NCBI GenBank assembly: GCA_964016885.1
Contig: OZ024757.1
Location: forward strand, 23,250,001-23,314,000
Source of the DNA: Eledone cirrhosa
Taxonomy: Eukaryota
DNA length: 64,000 nucleotides
Direction: 5' to 3'
In this document: piece by piece, positions 24,201-39,637 of the stretch
Layout of the letters: each line of letters opens with the position of its first letter
Position numbering within the stretch: position 1 is the stretch's first letter
Position numbers and translations under genes: made by a program
The notes under the pieces: model-generated
What the model was told of the DNA's origin: nothing
Database searches by the model: none
Seen by the model: only the letters and a program-made list of their open reading frames with translations

Positions 24201-27200
24201 AAACCCTTCATTTCACATTACTCCATTACTGTCATGGGCCGTGTGTTGTGTTCTTAAGCAAAACCCTTCATTTCACATTGCTCCAGTACTGTCATGGGCC
24301 GTGTGTTGTGTTCTTAAGCAAAACCCTTCATTTCACATTGCTCCAGTACTGTCATGGGCCGTGTGTTGTGTTCTTAAGCAAAACCCTTCATTTCACATTG
24401 CTCCAGTACTGTCATGGGCCGTGTGTTGTGTTCTTAAGCAAAACCCTTCATTTCACATTGCTCCATTACTGTCATGGGCCGTGTGTTGTGTTCTTAAGCA
24501 AAACCCTTCATTTCACATTGCTCCATTACTGTCATGGGCCGTGTGTTGTGTTCTTGAACAAAACCCTTCATTTCACATTGCTCCATTACTGTCATGGGCC
24601 GTGTGTTGTGTTCTTAAGCAAAACCCTTCATTTCACATTGCTCCATTACTGTCATGGGCCGTGTGTTGTGTTCTTAAGCAAAACCCTTCATTTCACATTG
24701 CTCCATTACTGTCATGGGCCGTGTGTTGTGTTCTTAAGCAAAACCCTTCATTTCACATTGCTCCATTACTGTCATGGGCCGTGTGTTGTGTTCTTAAGCA
24801 AAACCCTTCATTTCACATTGCTCCATTACTGTCATGGGCCGTGTGTTGTGTTCTTGAACAAAACCCTTCATTTCACATTGCTCCATTACTGTCATGGGCC
24901 GTGTGTTGTGTTCTTAAGCAAAACCCTTCATTTCACATTGCTCCATTACTGTCATGGGCCGTGTGTTGTGTTCTTAAGCAAAACCCTTCATTTCACATTG
25001 CTCCATTACTGTCATGGGCCGTGTGTTGTGTTCTTGAGCAAAACCCTTCATTTCACATTGCTCCATTACTGTCATGGGTCGTGTGTTGTGTTCTTGAGAA
25101 AAACCCTTCATTTCACATTGCTCCATTACTGTCATGGGCCGTGTGTTGTGTTCTTAAGCAAAACCCTTCATTTCACATTGCTCCATTACTGTCATGGGCC
25201 GTGTGTTGTGTTCTTGAGCAAAACCCTTCATTTCACATTGCTCCATTACTGTCATGGGTCGTGTGTTGTGTTCTTGAGAAAAACCCTTCATTTCACATTG
25301 CTCCATTACTGTCATGGGCCGTGTGTTGTGTTCTTAAGCAAAACCCTTCATTTCACATTGCTCCATTACTGTCATGGGCCGTGTGTTGTGTTCTTGAGCA
25401 AAACCCTTCATTTCACATTGCTCCATTACTGTCATGGGTCGTGTGTTGTGTTCTTGAGAAAAACCCTTCATTTCACATTGCTCCATTACTGTCATGGGCC
25501 GTGTGTTGTGTTCTGAGGCAAAACCCTTCATTTCACATTGCTCCATTACTGTCATGGGCCGTGTGTTGTGTTCTTGAGCAAAACCCTTCATTTCACATTG
25601 CTCCATTACTGTCATGGGTCATGTGTTCTTAAGCAAAACCCTTCATTTCACATTGCTCCATTACTGTCATGGGTCGTGTGTTGTGTTCTTAAGCAAAACC
25701 CTTCATTTCACATTGCTCCATTACTGTCATGTGTCATGTGTTATGTTCTTGAACAAAACCCTTCATTTCACATTGCTCCATTACTGTCATGGGTCATGTG
25801 TTATGTTCTTGAACAAAACCCTTCATTTCACATTGCTCCATTATTGTCATGGGTCATGTGTTATGTTCTTGAACAAAACCCTTCATTTCACATTGCTCCA
25901 TTACTGTCATGGGTCATGTGTTCTTGAACAAAACCCTTCATTTCACATTGCTCCATTACTGTCATGGGTCATGTGTTCTTGAACAAAACCCTTCATTTCA
26001 CATTGCTTCATTACTGTCATGGGTCATGTGTTCTTGAACAAAACCCTTCATTTCACATTGCTCCATTACTGTCATGGGTCATGTGTTCTTGAACAAAACC
26101 CTTCATTTCACATTGCTCCATTACTGTCATGGGTCATGTGTTCTTGAACAAAACCCTTCATTTCACATTGCTCCATTACTGTCATGGGTCATGTGTTATG
26201 TTCTTGAACAAAACCCTTCATTTCACATTGCTCCATTACTGTCATGGGTCATGTGTTCTTGAACAAAACCCTTCATTTCACATTGCTCCATTACTGTCAT
26301 GGGTCATGTGTTCTTGAACAAAACCCTTCATTTCACATTGCTCCATTACTGTCATGGGTCATGTGTTATGTTCTTGAACAAAACCCTTCATTTCACATTG
26401 CTCCATTACTGTCATGGGTCATGTGTTCTTGAACAAAACCCTTCATTTCACATTGCTCCATTACTGTCATGGGTCATGTGTTCTTGAACAAAACCCTTCA
26501 TTTCACATTGCTCCATTACTGTCATGGGTCATGTGTTATGTTCTTGAACAAAACCCTTCATTTCACATTGCTCCATTACTGTCATGGGTCATGTGTTCTT
26601 GAACAAAACCCTTCATTTCACATTGCTCCATTACTGTCATGGGTCATGTGTTATGTTCTTGAACAAAACCCTTCATTTCACATTGCTCCATTACTGTCAT
26701 GGGTCATGTGTTCTTGAACAAAACCCTTCATTTCACATTGCTCCATTACTGTCATGGGTCATGTGTTATGTTCTTGAACAAAACCCTTCATTTCACATTG
26801 CTCCATTACTGTCATGGGTCATGTGTTCTTGAACAAAACCCTTCATTTCACATTGCTCCATTACTGTCATGGGTCATGTGTTCTTGAACAAAACCCTTCA
26901 TTTCACATTGCTCCATTACTGTCATGGGTCATGTGTTATGTTCTTGAACAAAACCCTTCATTTCACATTGCTCCATTACTGTCATGGGTCATGTGTTCTT
27001 GAACAAAACCCTTCATTTCACATTGCTCCATTACTGTCATGGGTCATGTGTTCTTGAACAAAACCCTTCATTTCACATTGCTCCATTACTGTCATGGGTC
27101 ATGTGTTATGTTCTTGAACAAAACCCTTCATTTCACATTGCTCCATTACTGTCATGGGTCATGTGTTCTTGAACAAAACCCTTCATTTCACATTGCTCCA

Positions 27201-29335
27201 TTACTGTCATGGGTCATGTGTTCTTGAACAAAACCCTTCATTTCACATTGCTCCATTACTGTCATGGGTCATGTGTTATGTTCTTGAACAAAACCCTTCA
27301 TTTCACATTGCTCCATTACTGTCATGGGTCATGTGTTCTTGAACAAAACCCTTCATTTCACATTGCTCCATTACTGTCATGGGTCATGTGTTCTTGAACA
27401 AAACCCTTCATTTCACATTGCTCCATTACTGTCATGGGTCATGTGTTCTTGAACAAAACCCTTCATTTCACATTGCTCCATTACTGTCATGGGTCATGTG
27501 TTCTTGAACAAAACCCTTCATTTCACATTGCTCCATTACTGTCATGGGTCATGTGTTATGTTCTTGAACAAAACCCTTCATTTCACATTGCTCCATTACT
27601 GTCATGGGTCATGTGTTATGTTCTTGAGCAAAACCCTTCATTTCACATTGCTCCATTATTGTCATGGGTCATGTGTTGTGTTCTTAAGCAAAACCCTTCA
27701 TTTCACATTGCTCCATTATTGTCATGGGTCATGTGTTGTGTTCTTAAGCAAAACCCTTCATTTTACATTGCTCCATTACTGTCATGGGTCATGTGTTATG
27801 TTCTTGAGAAAAACCCTTCATTTCACATTGCTCCATTACTGTCATGGGTCATGTGTTATGTTCTTGAACAAAACCCTTCATTTCACAATGCTCCAGTACT
27901 GTCATGGGTCGTGTGTTGTGTTCTTGAGCAAAACCCTTCATTTCACATTACTCCAGTACTGTCATGGGTCGTGTGTTGTGTTCTTAAGCAAAACCCTTCA
28001 TTTCACATTGCTCCATTACTGTCATGGGTCATGTGTTGTGTTCTTAAGCAAAACCCTTCATTTCACATTGCTCCAGTACTGTCATGGGTCATGTGTTGTG
28101 TTCTTGAACAAAACCCTTCATTTCACAATGCTCCATTACTGTCATGGGTCATGTGTTGTGTTCTTGAACAAAACCCTTCATTTCACAATGCTCCAGTACT
28201 GTCATGGGTCGTGTGTTGTGTTCTTGAACAAAACCCTTCATTTCACATTGCTCCATTACTGTCATGGGTCATGTGTTGTGTTCTTGAGAAAAACCCTTCA
28301 TTTCACATTGCTCCAGTACTGTCATGGGTCGTGTGTTGTGTTCTTGAACAAAACCCTTCATTTCACATTGCTCCATTACTGTCATGGGTCATGTGTTGTG
28401 TTCTTAAGCAAAACCCTTCATTTCACATTGCTCCATTACTGTCATGGGTCATGTGTTGTGTTCTTGAGAAAAACCCTTCATTTCACATTGCTCCAGTACT
28501 GTCATGGGTCGTGTGTTGTGTTCTTGAACAAAACCCTTCATTTCACATTGCTCCATTACTGTCATGGGTCATGTGTTATGTTCTTGAACAAAACCCTTCA
28601 TTTCACATTGCTCCATTACTGTCATGGGTCATGTGTTGTGTTCTTAAGCAAAACCCTTCATTTCACATTGCTCCATTACTGTCATGGGTCATGTGTTGTG
28701 TTCTTAAGCAAAACCCTTCATTTCACATTGCTCCATTACTGTCATGGGTCATGTGTTGTGTTCTTAAGCAAAACCCTTCATTTCACATTGCTCCATTACT
28801 GTCATGGGTCATGTGTTGTGTTCTTAAGCAAAACCCTTCATTTCACATTGCTCCATTATTGTCATGGGTCATGTGTTGTGTTCTTAAGCAAAACCCTTCA
28901 TTTCACATTGCTCCAGTACTGTCATGGGTCATGTGTTGTGTTCTTGAACAAAACCCTTCATTTCACATTGCTCCATTACTGTCATGGGTCATGTGTTATG
29001 TTCTTGAACAAAACCCTTCATTTCACAATGCTCCAGTACTGTCATGGGTCATGTGTTGTGTTCTTGAACAAAACCCTTCATTTCACATTGCTCCATTACT
29101 GTCATGGGTCATGTGTTGTGTTCTTGAACAAAACCCTTCATTTCACATTGCTCCATTACTGTCAAGGGTCATGTGTTATGTTCTTAAGCAAAACCCTTCA
29201 TTTCACATTGCTCCAGTACACTCAGCTGAAAATTAGTATCAACAATAGCTGGGAGTTTAACTTAGTCATTTAACACGATGGAAACTGGGATAAACAGTGA
29301 CCTGGTGAGCTTCCAGACTTGAGACAGACTTTAGA
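21226..29335 (+). mobile_element. CORE-type tRNA SINE expanded to 8.1 kb by internal tandem amplification
   Basis: tRNA-like head tagcctggtgg..gggttcggttcc at 21228-21295; SINE body resumes at 29212 (ctccagtacactcagctg); TSD catatgtctgt 21215-21225 / cacatgtctgt 29336-29346. Confidence 0.8.
21300..29218. repeat. 60-bp satellite, about 130 units, with 55-bp variant domain
   Basis: gtgtgttgtgttcttaagcaaaacccttcatttcacattgctccattactgtcatgggtc. Confidence 0.98.
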
Positions 29336-29779
29336 CACATGTCTGTAGAATACTCAGCTACATATACATTAATTTCAGAAATAGGCTGTCTTAATAATCA
29401 AACAGCTGTAACACATATGGTCTAAATAAATGCTACCTTATTCAAAACTATACACGATTCTGATGTATTCACCTCAGACAACATCACTTACAAGTTTCAT
29501 TTCCAAAAACTAGTAATATTTCTGCAAGAGTATTTAATAAAATCTGTGTTGACATCAGCTAGTCTTTAATGTTGTAATTGAATTCCTAGAGTCTACTAAA
29601 AAAGGAGAAGAAATAAAGATCTTCCGAAGAATTCTTTGATTTTCTTCTAGACTAAATAATCAAAGTTCTTGCTATCGATGATAATAAAATAGATCCAAGG
29701 TGAAATATAAACAATACATTATTATTTCTTTCTTCTCTATACAACTTAAAAGGAATGAGCAGCTTATATTTATTGCTCT

Positions 29780-29915
29780 AATATATATATATGTGTGTGT
29801 ATGTGTGTGTGTGTGTGTGTGTGTGCGTGTGTGTGTGTGTGTGTGTACATATATGTATATGTATGTATGTATATACATATTTATGTATGTGTGTGTATAT
29901 ATATGTGTATGTATT

Positions 29916-29947
<32 letters not shown>

Positions 29948-30377
29948 CGTGTGTGTATATATATATATATATATATACATATACGTGTGTGTGTGTGTGG
30001 ATGTATATATATATATATATACATATGTATATGTATGTATGTATGTATATATATATATACATATATATATATATACATATGTATGTATATATATACATAT
30101 ATATATATACATATGTATATGTATGTATGTATATATATACATATATATATATATACATATGTATATGTATGTATGTATATATATACATATATATACATAT
30201 GTATATGTATGTATGTATATATATACATATATATATATACATATGTATATGTATGTATGTATATATATACATATATATATACATATGTATATGTATGTAT
30301 GTATATATATACATATATATATACATATGTATGTATGTATATATATACATATATATATATATATATACATATGTATG

Positions 30378-30411
<34 letters not shown>

Positions 30412-30530
30412 CATATGTATGTATGTATAAATATATACATATATATACATATATATACATATATATATACATATATATATATATACATACCTATGTATGT
30501 ATATATATATATATATATATATATACATTG
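29780..30530. repeat. (TA)n/(TG)n/(TATG)n compound microsatellite
   Basis: Direct reading of the sequence. Confidence 0.95.
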
Positions 30531-30819
30531 GTATGGAGTGGTGTGTATGGTGTGCATGTATACTTATATGTATGTGTATATTGATTGTATATGTGTAAAT
30601 CAGTTTGTCTGAAAATGGGTTTGAAGTAGGTGAATGCAGCTGACAACCCAGTAGAATTATCCAGCAAATAGAGAATTAATGGCGTGCTATGTTCCAGTAA
30701 TCTATGATGGGGTCACAGTGGCATATGGCAATTCTGGGGCATTTCAAGCCTGGCAAAGCAAATCCCTCTCCAGGTCTGTATACAGCAGATTTCTCTATCT
30801 GTTTTAAATTTATGCCTAC

Positions 30820-30945
30820 ATCATCATTATCATTTCATTTTACGTCCGCTTTTTCCCTGCTTGCAAGGGTGGGACGGGGACTGATTCTGGCTTGATTTCT
30901 ACAGCTGGATGCCCTTCCGAACACCAACCTCATTTACAGTGAGTG
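30820..30945 (-). mobile_element. SINE A 3' end leading into the 49-bp array
   Basis: Tail and body identical to other SINE A copies. Confidence 0.9.
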
Positions 30946-33900
30946 CTGGGTGCTTTTTTTTGCCGTGGCACCTCCACGACCACTTTACAGTGTGGGCTGG
31001 GTGCTTTTTTTGCCGTGGCACCTTCACGTCCACTTTACAGTGTGAGCTGGGTGCTTTTTTGCCGTGACACCTCCACATCCACTTTACAGTGTGAGCTGGG
31101 TGCTTTTTTGCCGTGGCACCTCCACGTCTACTCTACAGTGTGAGCTGGGTGCTTTTTTGCCGTGGCACCTTCACGTCCACTTTACAGTGTGAGCTGGGTG
31201 CTTTTTTGCTGTGGCACCTCCACGTCCACTTTACAGTGTGAGCTGGGTGCTTTTTTGCCGTGGCACCTCCATGTCCACTCTACAGTGTGAGCTGGGTGCT
31301 TTTTTGCCGTGGCACCTTCACGTCCACTCTACAGTGTGAGCTGGGTGCTTTTTTGCCGTGGCACCTCCACGTCCACTCTACAGTGTGAGCTGGGTGCTTT
31401 TTTGCCGTGGCACCTCCACATCCACTTTACAGTGTGAGCTGGGTGCTTTTTTGCCGTGGCACCTCCACGTCCACTCTACAGTGTGAGCTGGGTGCTTTTT
31501 TGCTGTGACACCTCCACATCCACTTTACAGTGTGAGCTGGGTGCTTTTTTGCCGTGGCACCTCCACGTCCACTCTACAGTGTGAGCTGGGTGCTTTTTTG
31601 CCGTGACACCCCCACACCCACTTTACAGTGTGAGCTGGGTGCTTTTTTGCCGTGGCACCTCCACATCCACTTTACAGTGAGAGCTGGGTGCTTTTTTGCC
31701 GTGGCACCTCCACATCCACTTTACAGTGTGAGCTGGGTGCTTTTTTGCCGTGGCACCTCCACATCCACTTTACAGTGTGAGCTGGGTGCTTTTTTGCCGT
31801 GGCACCTCCATGTCCACTCTACAGTGTGAGCTGGGTGCTTTTTTGCCGTGGCACCTCCACATCCACTTTACAGTGTGAGCTGGGTGCTTTTTTGCTGTGG
31901 CACCTCCACATCCACTTTACAGTGTGAGCTGGGTGCTTTTTTGCCGTGGCACCTCCACATCCACTCTACAGTGTGAGCTGGGTGCTTTTTTGCCGTGGCA
32001 CCTCCACGTCCACTCTACAGTGTGAGCTGGGTGCTTTTTTGCCGTGGCACCTCCACGTCCACTCTACAGTGTGTGCTGGGTGCTTTTTTGCCGTGACACC
32101 TCCACGTCCACTTTACAGTGTGAGCTGGGTGCTTTTTTGCCGTGGCACCTCCACGTCCACTCTACAGTGTGAGCTGGGTGCTTTTTTGCCGTGGCACCTC
32201 CACATCCACTTTACAGTGTGAGCTGGGTGCTTTTTTGCTGTGGCACCTCCACATCCACTTTACAGTGTGAGCTGGGTGCTTTTTTGCCGTGGCACCTCCA
32301 CGTCTACTCTACAGTGTGAGCTGGGTGCTTTTTTGCCGTGGCACCTCCACGTCCACTCTACAGTGTGAGCTGGGTGCTTTTTTGCCGTGACACCTCCACG
32401 TCCACTTTACAGTGTGAGCTGGGTGCTCTTTTGCCGTGACACCTCCACGACCACTTTACAGTGTGAGCTGGGTGCTTTTTTGCCGTGGCACCTCCACATT
32501 CACTCTACAGTGTGAGCTGGGTGCTTTTTTGCCGTGGCACCTTCACGTCCACTTTACAGTGTGAGCTGGGTGCTTTTTTGCCGTGGCACCTCCACGTCCA
32601 CTCTACAGTGTGAGCTGGCTGCTTTTTTGCTGTGGCATCTCCACGTCCACTCTACAGTGTGAGCTGGGTGCTTTTTTGCCGTGGCACCTCCACATCCACT
32701 TTACAGTGTGAGCTGGGTGCTTTTTTGCCGTGGCACCTCCACATCCACTTTACAGTGTGAGCTGGGTGCTTTTTTGCCGTGGCAGCTCCACATCCACTTT
32801 ACAGTGTGAGCTGGGTGCTTTTTTGCTGTGGCACCTCCACATCCACTTTACAGTGTGAGCTGGGTGCTTTTTTGCCGTGGCACCTCCACATCCACTCTAC
32901 AGTGTGAGCTGGGTGCTATTTTGCCGTGGCACCTCCACGTCCACTCTACAGTGTGAGCTGGGTGCTTTTTTGCCGTGGCACCTCCACGTCCACTCTACAG
33001 TGTGTGCTGGGTGCTTTTTTGCCGTGACACCTCCACGTCCACTTTACAGTGTGAGCTGGGTGCTTTTTTGCCGTGGCACCTCCACGTCCACTCTACAGTG
33101 TGAGCTGGGTGCTTTTTTGCCGTGGCACCTCCACATCCCCTTTACAGTGTGAGCTGGGTGCTTTTTTGCCGTGGCACCTCCACGTCTACTCTACAGTGTG
33201 AGCTGGGTACTTTTTTGCCGTGGCACCTCCACGACCACTTTACAGTGTGAGCTGGGTGCTTATTTGCCGTGGCACCTCCACGACCACTCTACAGTGTGAG
33301 CTGGGTGCTTTTTTGCCGTGGCACCTCCACATTCACTCTACAGTGTGAGCTGGGTGCTTTTTTGCCGTGGCACCTCCACGTCCACTCTACAGTGTGTGCT
33401 GGGTGCTTTTTTGCCGTGACACCTCCACGTCCACTTTACAGTGTGAGCTGGGTGCTTTTTTGCCGTGGCACCTCCACGTCCACTCTACAGTGTGAGCTGG
33501 GTGCTTTTTTGCCGTGGCAGCTCCACATCCACTTTACAGTGTGAGCTGGGTGCTTTTTTGCCGTGGCACCTCCACATCCACTTTACAGTGTGAGCTGGGT
33601 GCTTTTTTGCCGTGGCACCTCCACATCCACTTTACAGTGTGAGCTGGGTGCTTTTTTGCCGTGGCAGCTCCACATCCACTTTACAGTGTGAGCTGGGTGC
33701 TTTTTTGCTGTGGCACCTCCACATCCACTTTACAGTGTGAGCTGGGTGCTTTTTTGCCGTGGCACCTCCACATCCACTCTACAGTGTGAGCTGGGTGCTA
33801 TTTTGCCGTGGCACCTCCACGTCCACTCTACAGTGTGAGCTGGGTGCTTTTTTGCCGTGGCACCTCCACGTCCACTCTACAGTGTGTGCTGGGTGCTTTT

Positions 33901-35362
33901 TTGCCGTGACACCTCCACGTCCACTTTACAGTGTGAGCTGGGTGCTTTTTTGCCGTGGCACCTCCACGTCCACTCTACAGTGTGAGCTGGGTGCTTTTTT
34001 GCCGTGGCACCTCCACATCCCCTTTACAGTGTGAGCTGGGTGCTTTTTTGCCGTGGCACCTCCACGTCTACTCTACAGTGTGAGCTGGGTGCTTTTTTGC
34101 CGTGGCACCTCCACGACCACTTTACAGTGTGAGCTGGGTGCTTATTTGCCGTGGCACCTCCACGTCCACTCTACAGTGTGTGCTGGGTGCTTTTTTGCCG
34201 TGACACCTCCACGTCCACTTTACAGTGTGAGCTGGGTGCTTTTTTGCCGTGGCACCTCCACGTCTACTCTACAATGTGAGCTGGGTGCTTTTTTGCCGTG
34301 GCACCTCCACGTCCACTCTACAGTGTGAGCTGGGTGCTTTTTTGCCGTGACACCTCCACGTCCACTTTACAGTGTGAGCTGGGTGCTCTTTTGCCGTGAC
34401 ACCTCCACGACCACTTTACAGTGTGAGCTGGGTGCTTTTTTGCCGTGGCACCTCCACATTCACTCTACAGTGTGAGCTGGGTGCTTTTTTGCCGTGGCAC
34501 CTTCACGTCCACTTTACAGTGTGAGCTGGGTGCTTTTTTGCCGTGGCACCTCCACGTCCACTCTACAGTGTGAGCTGGCTGCTTTTTTGCTGTGGCATCT
34601 CCACGTCCACTCTACAGTGTGAGCTGGGTGCTTTTTTGCCGTGGCACCTCCACATCCACTTTACAGTGTGAGCTGGGTGCTTTTTTGCCGTGGCACCTCC
34701 ACATCCACTTTACAGTGTGAGCTGGGTGCTTTTTTGCCGTGGCAGCTCCACATCCACTTTACAGTGTGAGCTGGGTGCTTTTTTGCTGTGGCACCTCCAC
34801 ATCCACTTTACAGTGTGAGCTGGGTGCTTTTTTGCCGTGGCACCTCCACATCCACTCTACAGTGTGAGCTGGGTGCTATTTTGCCGTGGCACCTCCACGT
34901 CCACTCTACAGTGTGAGCTGGGTGCTTTTTTGCCGTGGCACCTCCACGTCCACTCTACAGTGTGTGCTGGGTGCTTTTTTGCCGTGACACCTCCACGTCC
35001 ACTTTACAGTGTGAGCTGGGTGCTTTTTTGCCGTGGCACCTCCACGTCCACTCTACAGTGTGAGCTGGGTGCTTTTTTGCCGTGGCACCTCCACATCCCC
35101 TTTACAGTGTGAGCTGGGTGCTTTTTTGCCGTGGCACCTCCACGTCTACTCTACAGTGTGAGCTGGGTGCTTTTTTGCCGTGGCACCTCCACATCCACTT
35201 TACAGTGTGAGCTGGGTGCTTTTTTGCCGTGGCACCTCCACGACCACTCTACAGTGTGAGCTGGGTGCTTTTTTGCCCTAGCACTTTCACGTCCACTTTA
35301 CAGTGTGAGCTGGGTGCTTTTTTGCCATAGCACCTCCACAACCTCTTTACAGTGTGAGCTGG
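30931..35362. repeat. 49-bp minisatellite, about 90 units, derived from a SINE A internal segment
   Basis: ttacagtgtgagctgggtgcttttttgccgtggcacctccacgtccact. Confidence 0.98.
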
Positions 35363-36500
35363 GAAGGAACTCCTTGAGATATTCCCTGTGTGATAATCAA
35401 AAACTCACACCCAGGGATGTCGCTCAGCAGTATCGCAGTGAATCCATGGATGAAAAACTGCATGCCTATCAGCAAAAAATCATGCATAGATATGTTGCCA
35501 GGAAGCTCCAGAGTGAGAGTAATATAGATAAGGGAAGTAGTCTATCTTGGACCAACAACCACTATATTGGCTCCCACTTTGAAGGATACGCTTTTGCAAT
35601 CCAGGAACAGGAGATTAGCACGAAATAGCCGATTCACAAAAGAGATAGGGATGCAGGAAAAACACCTAGATGTGATAACAAGTGCAGACTCTGCAGAACT
35701 AACATCGAGGATATCACCCATGTCATCAGCAGCTGTCCAAAGATGTCATCGCAGTACTATCTACCTATGAGGCATGATGTAGTGGCCAAAACACTGTACA
35801 ATGCAGTTCGTAAAAAAGATAACCCCGATAATAAACATTAAAAGCTACAACAATGTGGAAGACATCCATGTACATAATATGAAAGAGTACTGGTGGAATG
35901 TTCCAGTAAAAACCCCAATAAAATGTAGGCATAACAGACCAGATATTATGAAATGGGACAGGGAGAAGAAAACATGCACAGTAGTGGAAATTAGCTGCCC
36001 AGCAGATGCCAATATAATATCAAAGATTAGCGAAAAGGAGAATATTTATGCAGAACTGATGAGAAATCTGCAGATACTCCACCCTGATTACACCTTCAGA
36101 TTTATACCTGTGATTATTGGGGCACTGGGATATGTTAGTAACTGCCTCAATACAAATCTTGAGAAGCTAGGCTTCACAGGAACAGCAAGAACACAACTTG
36201 TTAGAAAATTACAAGTACAATCCATTAATGGAACAGTAAAATTATGTAAAACATTCCAAATATTTTGCATCTAATAACTGCATATACACATGTACAGATA
36301 CAAAGCATATACACATGCATACATACAACTCAAAACATCCACATCCACACATACAATAACATCCATATCTACACATACATGCATACAACATACCTACCTA
36401 GTTGATGTGTAAATTCCAATGAGAGAGTCTTGTGTCTATGTTAGAAACCGACTCTCTCTATTGGTAAAACTTTGTGAAATTATAAAACCAGAAGAACATA
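35363..36500 (+). mobile_element. 5'-truncated R4/Dong-like non-LTR retrotransposon (CCHC plus restriction-like endonuclease)
   Basis: AFAIQEQEI, CRLC...EDITHVISSC, RHDVVAK, HNRPDI..D..VVEISCP..K...Y, IPVIIGALG; one stop and one frameshift; 3' UTR runs into (TACA)n. Confidence 0.85.
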
Positions 36501-36711
36501 CCTATACCCATACATACCCACATACATACATACATACACACATACATTCACACATACATACATCATTTTGATATCCACCTTTCCAAACTGGCATAAGTTT
36601 GCTTATGCACACACACACACACACATGCACACGCACACATATGTATGAGAAAGGTAAATGGAAAACACACACACATGTATGTATGTGGATATATATATAT
36701 ATATTTATATA

Positions 36712-36790
36712 CAGGGTGTCCCTCAAAAATGTATACATACTTCAACAACATTCTAATAAAGGTGTGTATATATTTTGAGGGAACACCCTG
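36712..36790. mobile_element. 79-bp Tc1/mariner-type MITE
   Basis: TA|cagggtgtccctcaaaaatgtatacatac ... gtgtgtatatattttgagggaacaccctg|TA. Confidence 0.75.
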
Positions 36791-37134
36791 TATATATGTA
36801 TATATAAATATATATTAGCTGTACATATGACAAGAATAAACAGCATACAAGGAGAGAAACTACACAACACAACCTCATTCATCAGAAAGATTTAAATTGA
36901 AATGGTAAATTTAATAAGGGATTATAAAGAATGTGCAATAATGAAAAATACATGAATAAACTAAACAAAATGCTAGGTGTGACTATTTTCAGTTCCTCAA
37001 ACAAGGGCTTCAAATACTTAATGTGATAATATCATATCAAATATTTCATCAATATTGCTAAAACATCTTGTAGTTAATTTTTGTTTTCCGTATGATGTTT
37101 TTGTTTATGTTTGTATATGTCTACTTTATATATG

Positions 37135-37191
<57 letters not shown>

Positions 37192-37348
37192 TATATAAAT
37201 GAAAGGTATATATATATATATATAAATGAAAGGTATATATATATATATATATAAATGAAAGGTATATATATATATATATATAAATGAAAGATATATATAT
37301 ATATATATATAAATGAAAGATATATATATATATATATATGTAAATGAA

Positions 37349-37397
<49 letters not shown>

Positions 37398-37456
37398 AAT
37401 GAAAGATATATATATATATATGTAAATGAAAGATATATATATATATATATATAAAT

Positions 37457-37495
<39 letters not shown>

Positions 37496-37572
37496 GAAAG
37501 ATATATATATATAAATGAAAGATATATATATATATATGTAAATGAAAGGTATATATATATATATATGTAAAT

Positions 37573-37611
<39 letters not shown>

Positions 37612-37733
37612 GAAAGGTATATATATATATATATGTAAATGAAAGGTATATATATATATATATATATATAAATGAAAGGTATATATATATATATATATAT
37701 ATGTAAATGAAAGATATATATATATATATAAAT

Positions 37734-37807
<74 letters not shown>

Positions 37808-37815
37808 AATGAAAA
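37135..37815. repeat. (TA)n tracts punctuated by aaatgaaag(g), over 20 units
   Basis: Direct reading of the sequence. Confidence 0.9.
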
Positions 37816-37984
37816 TATATATAAATATATATACATATATGTATTTATATTTCTGTGTCATATATATATATATATATGTTTGTATATTTCTATGTCTTCC
37901 ATATATATATGTGTGTGTGTGTGTGTATTTTCAATGTACCTTCTGTGTGTGTGTGTATTTCAATGTACCTTCTGTATGTGTGTG

Positions 37985-38027
<43 letters not shown>

Positions 38028-38232
38028 CTATGTGTCATTTTTATTTTTTTTTTGCTTATAAATTTCCAATGCTAATTTCATTATTGAAATATTTCTGGTT
38101 GGTTATAACTCCTTATATGATTATCTTAAGGGAAACAGGACTGAATTAAAAGCCTTATAATCATAGATTAGGGGGAAGGGGGGGGGGGGGGAGAAAAAGC
38201 CTTATCAATTTTATTTCTGATGGCTATCATAA

Positions 38233-39235
<1,003 letters not shown>

Positions 39236-39600
39236 AAACGAAAACCAATGTTATTATTCAAATTTAATTTCTACAGTTGTTCCTATGAAAATAAATGCAG
39301 TGGCAGTATTAATCAATTAATCATTTAACTTAAATAGTACTGAAGCAAAAATATCAATTTCTTCTGGAAGAATAGATAGTGTGTGTGTATATATATATAT
39401 ATCATCATCAAGTATATTTATAAGTATATTTAAGGAAAATTGAGTGAATTGGGAATTCCAGATATATTTTAACATAAAGTTAACTGATGCAATGCAGGGT
39501 TTTCACTATGGAAAATAGTCAAAGAAGTTGGGCATATAAGCCCCTAAAGATAGGACAAAGAGAACACTGTCACATACATACCTGTGTATGTGTGTCTGTG

Positions 39601-39637
<37 letters not shown>

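Noticed and set aside
21218-29273. 1432-aa, 1453-aa and ~600-aa ORFs
   Set aside because: Overlapping frames through a 60-bp SINE-derived satellite; open only because the unit lacks stops
30931-35362. CRISPR-like regular array
   Set aside because: Head-to-tail repeats with no unique spacers, no cas genes, eukaryotic context
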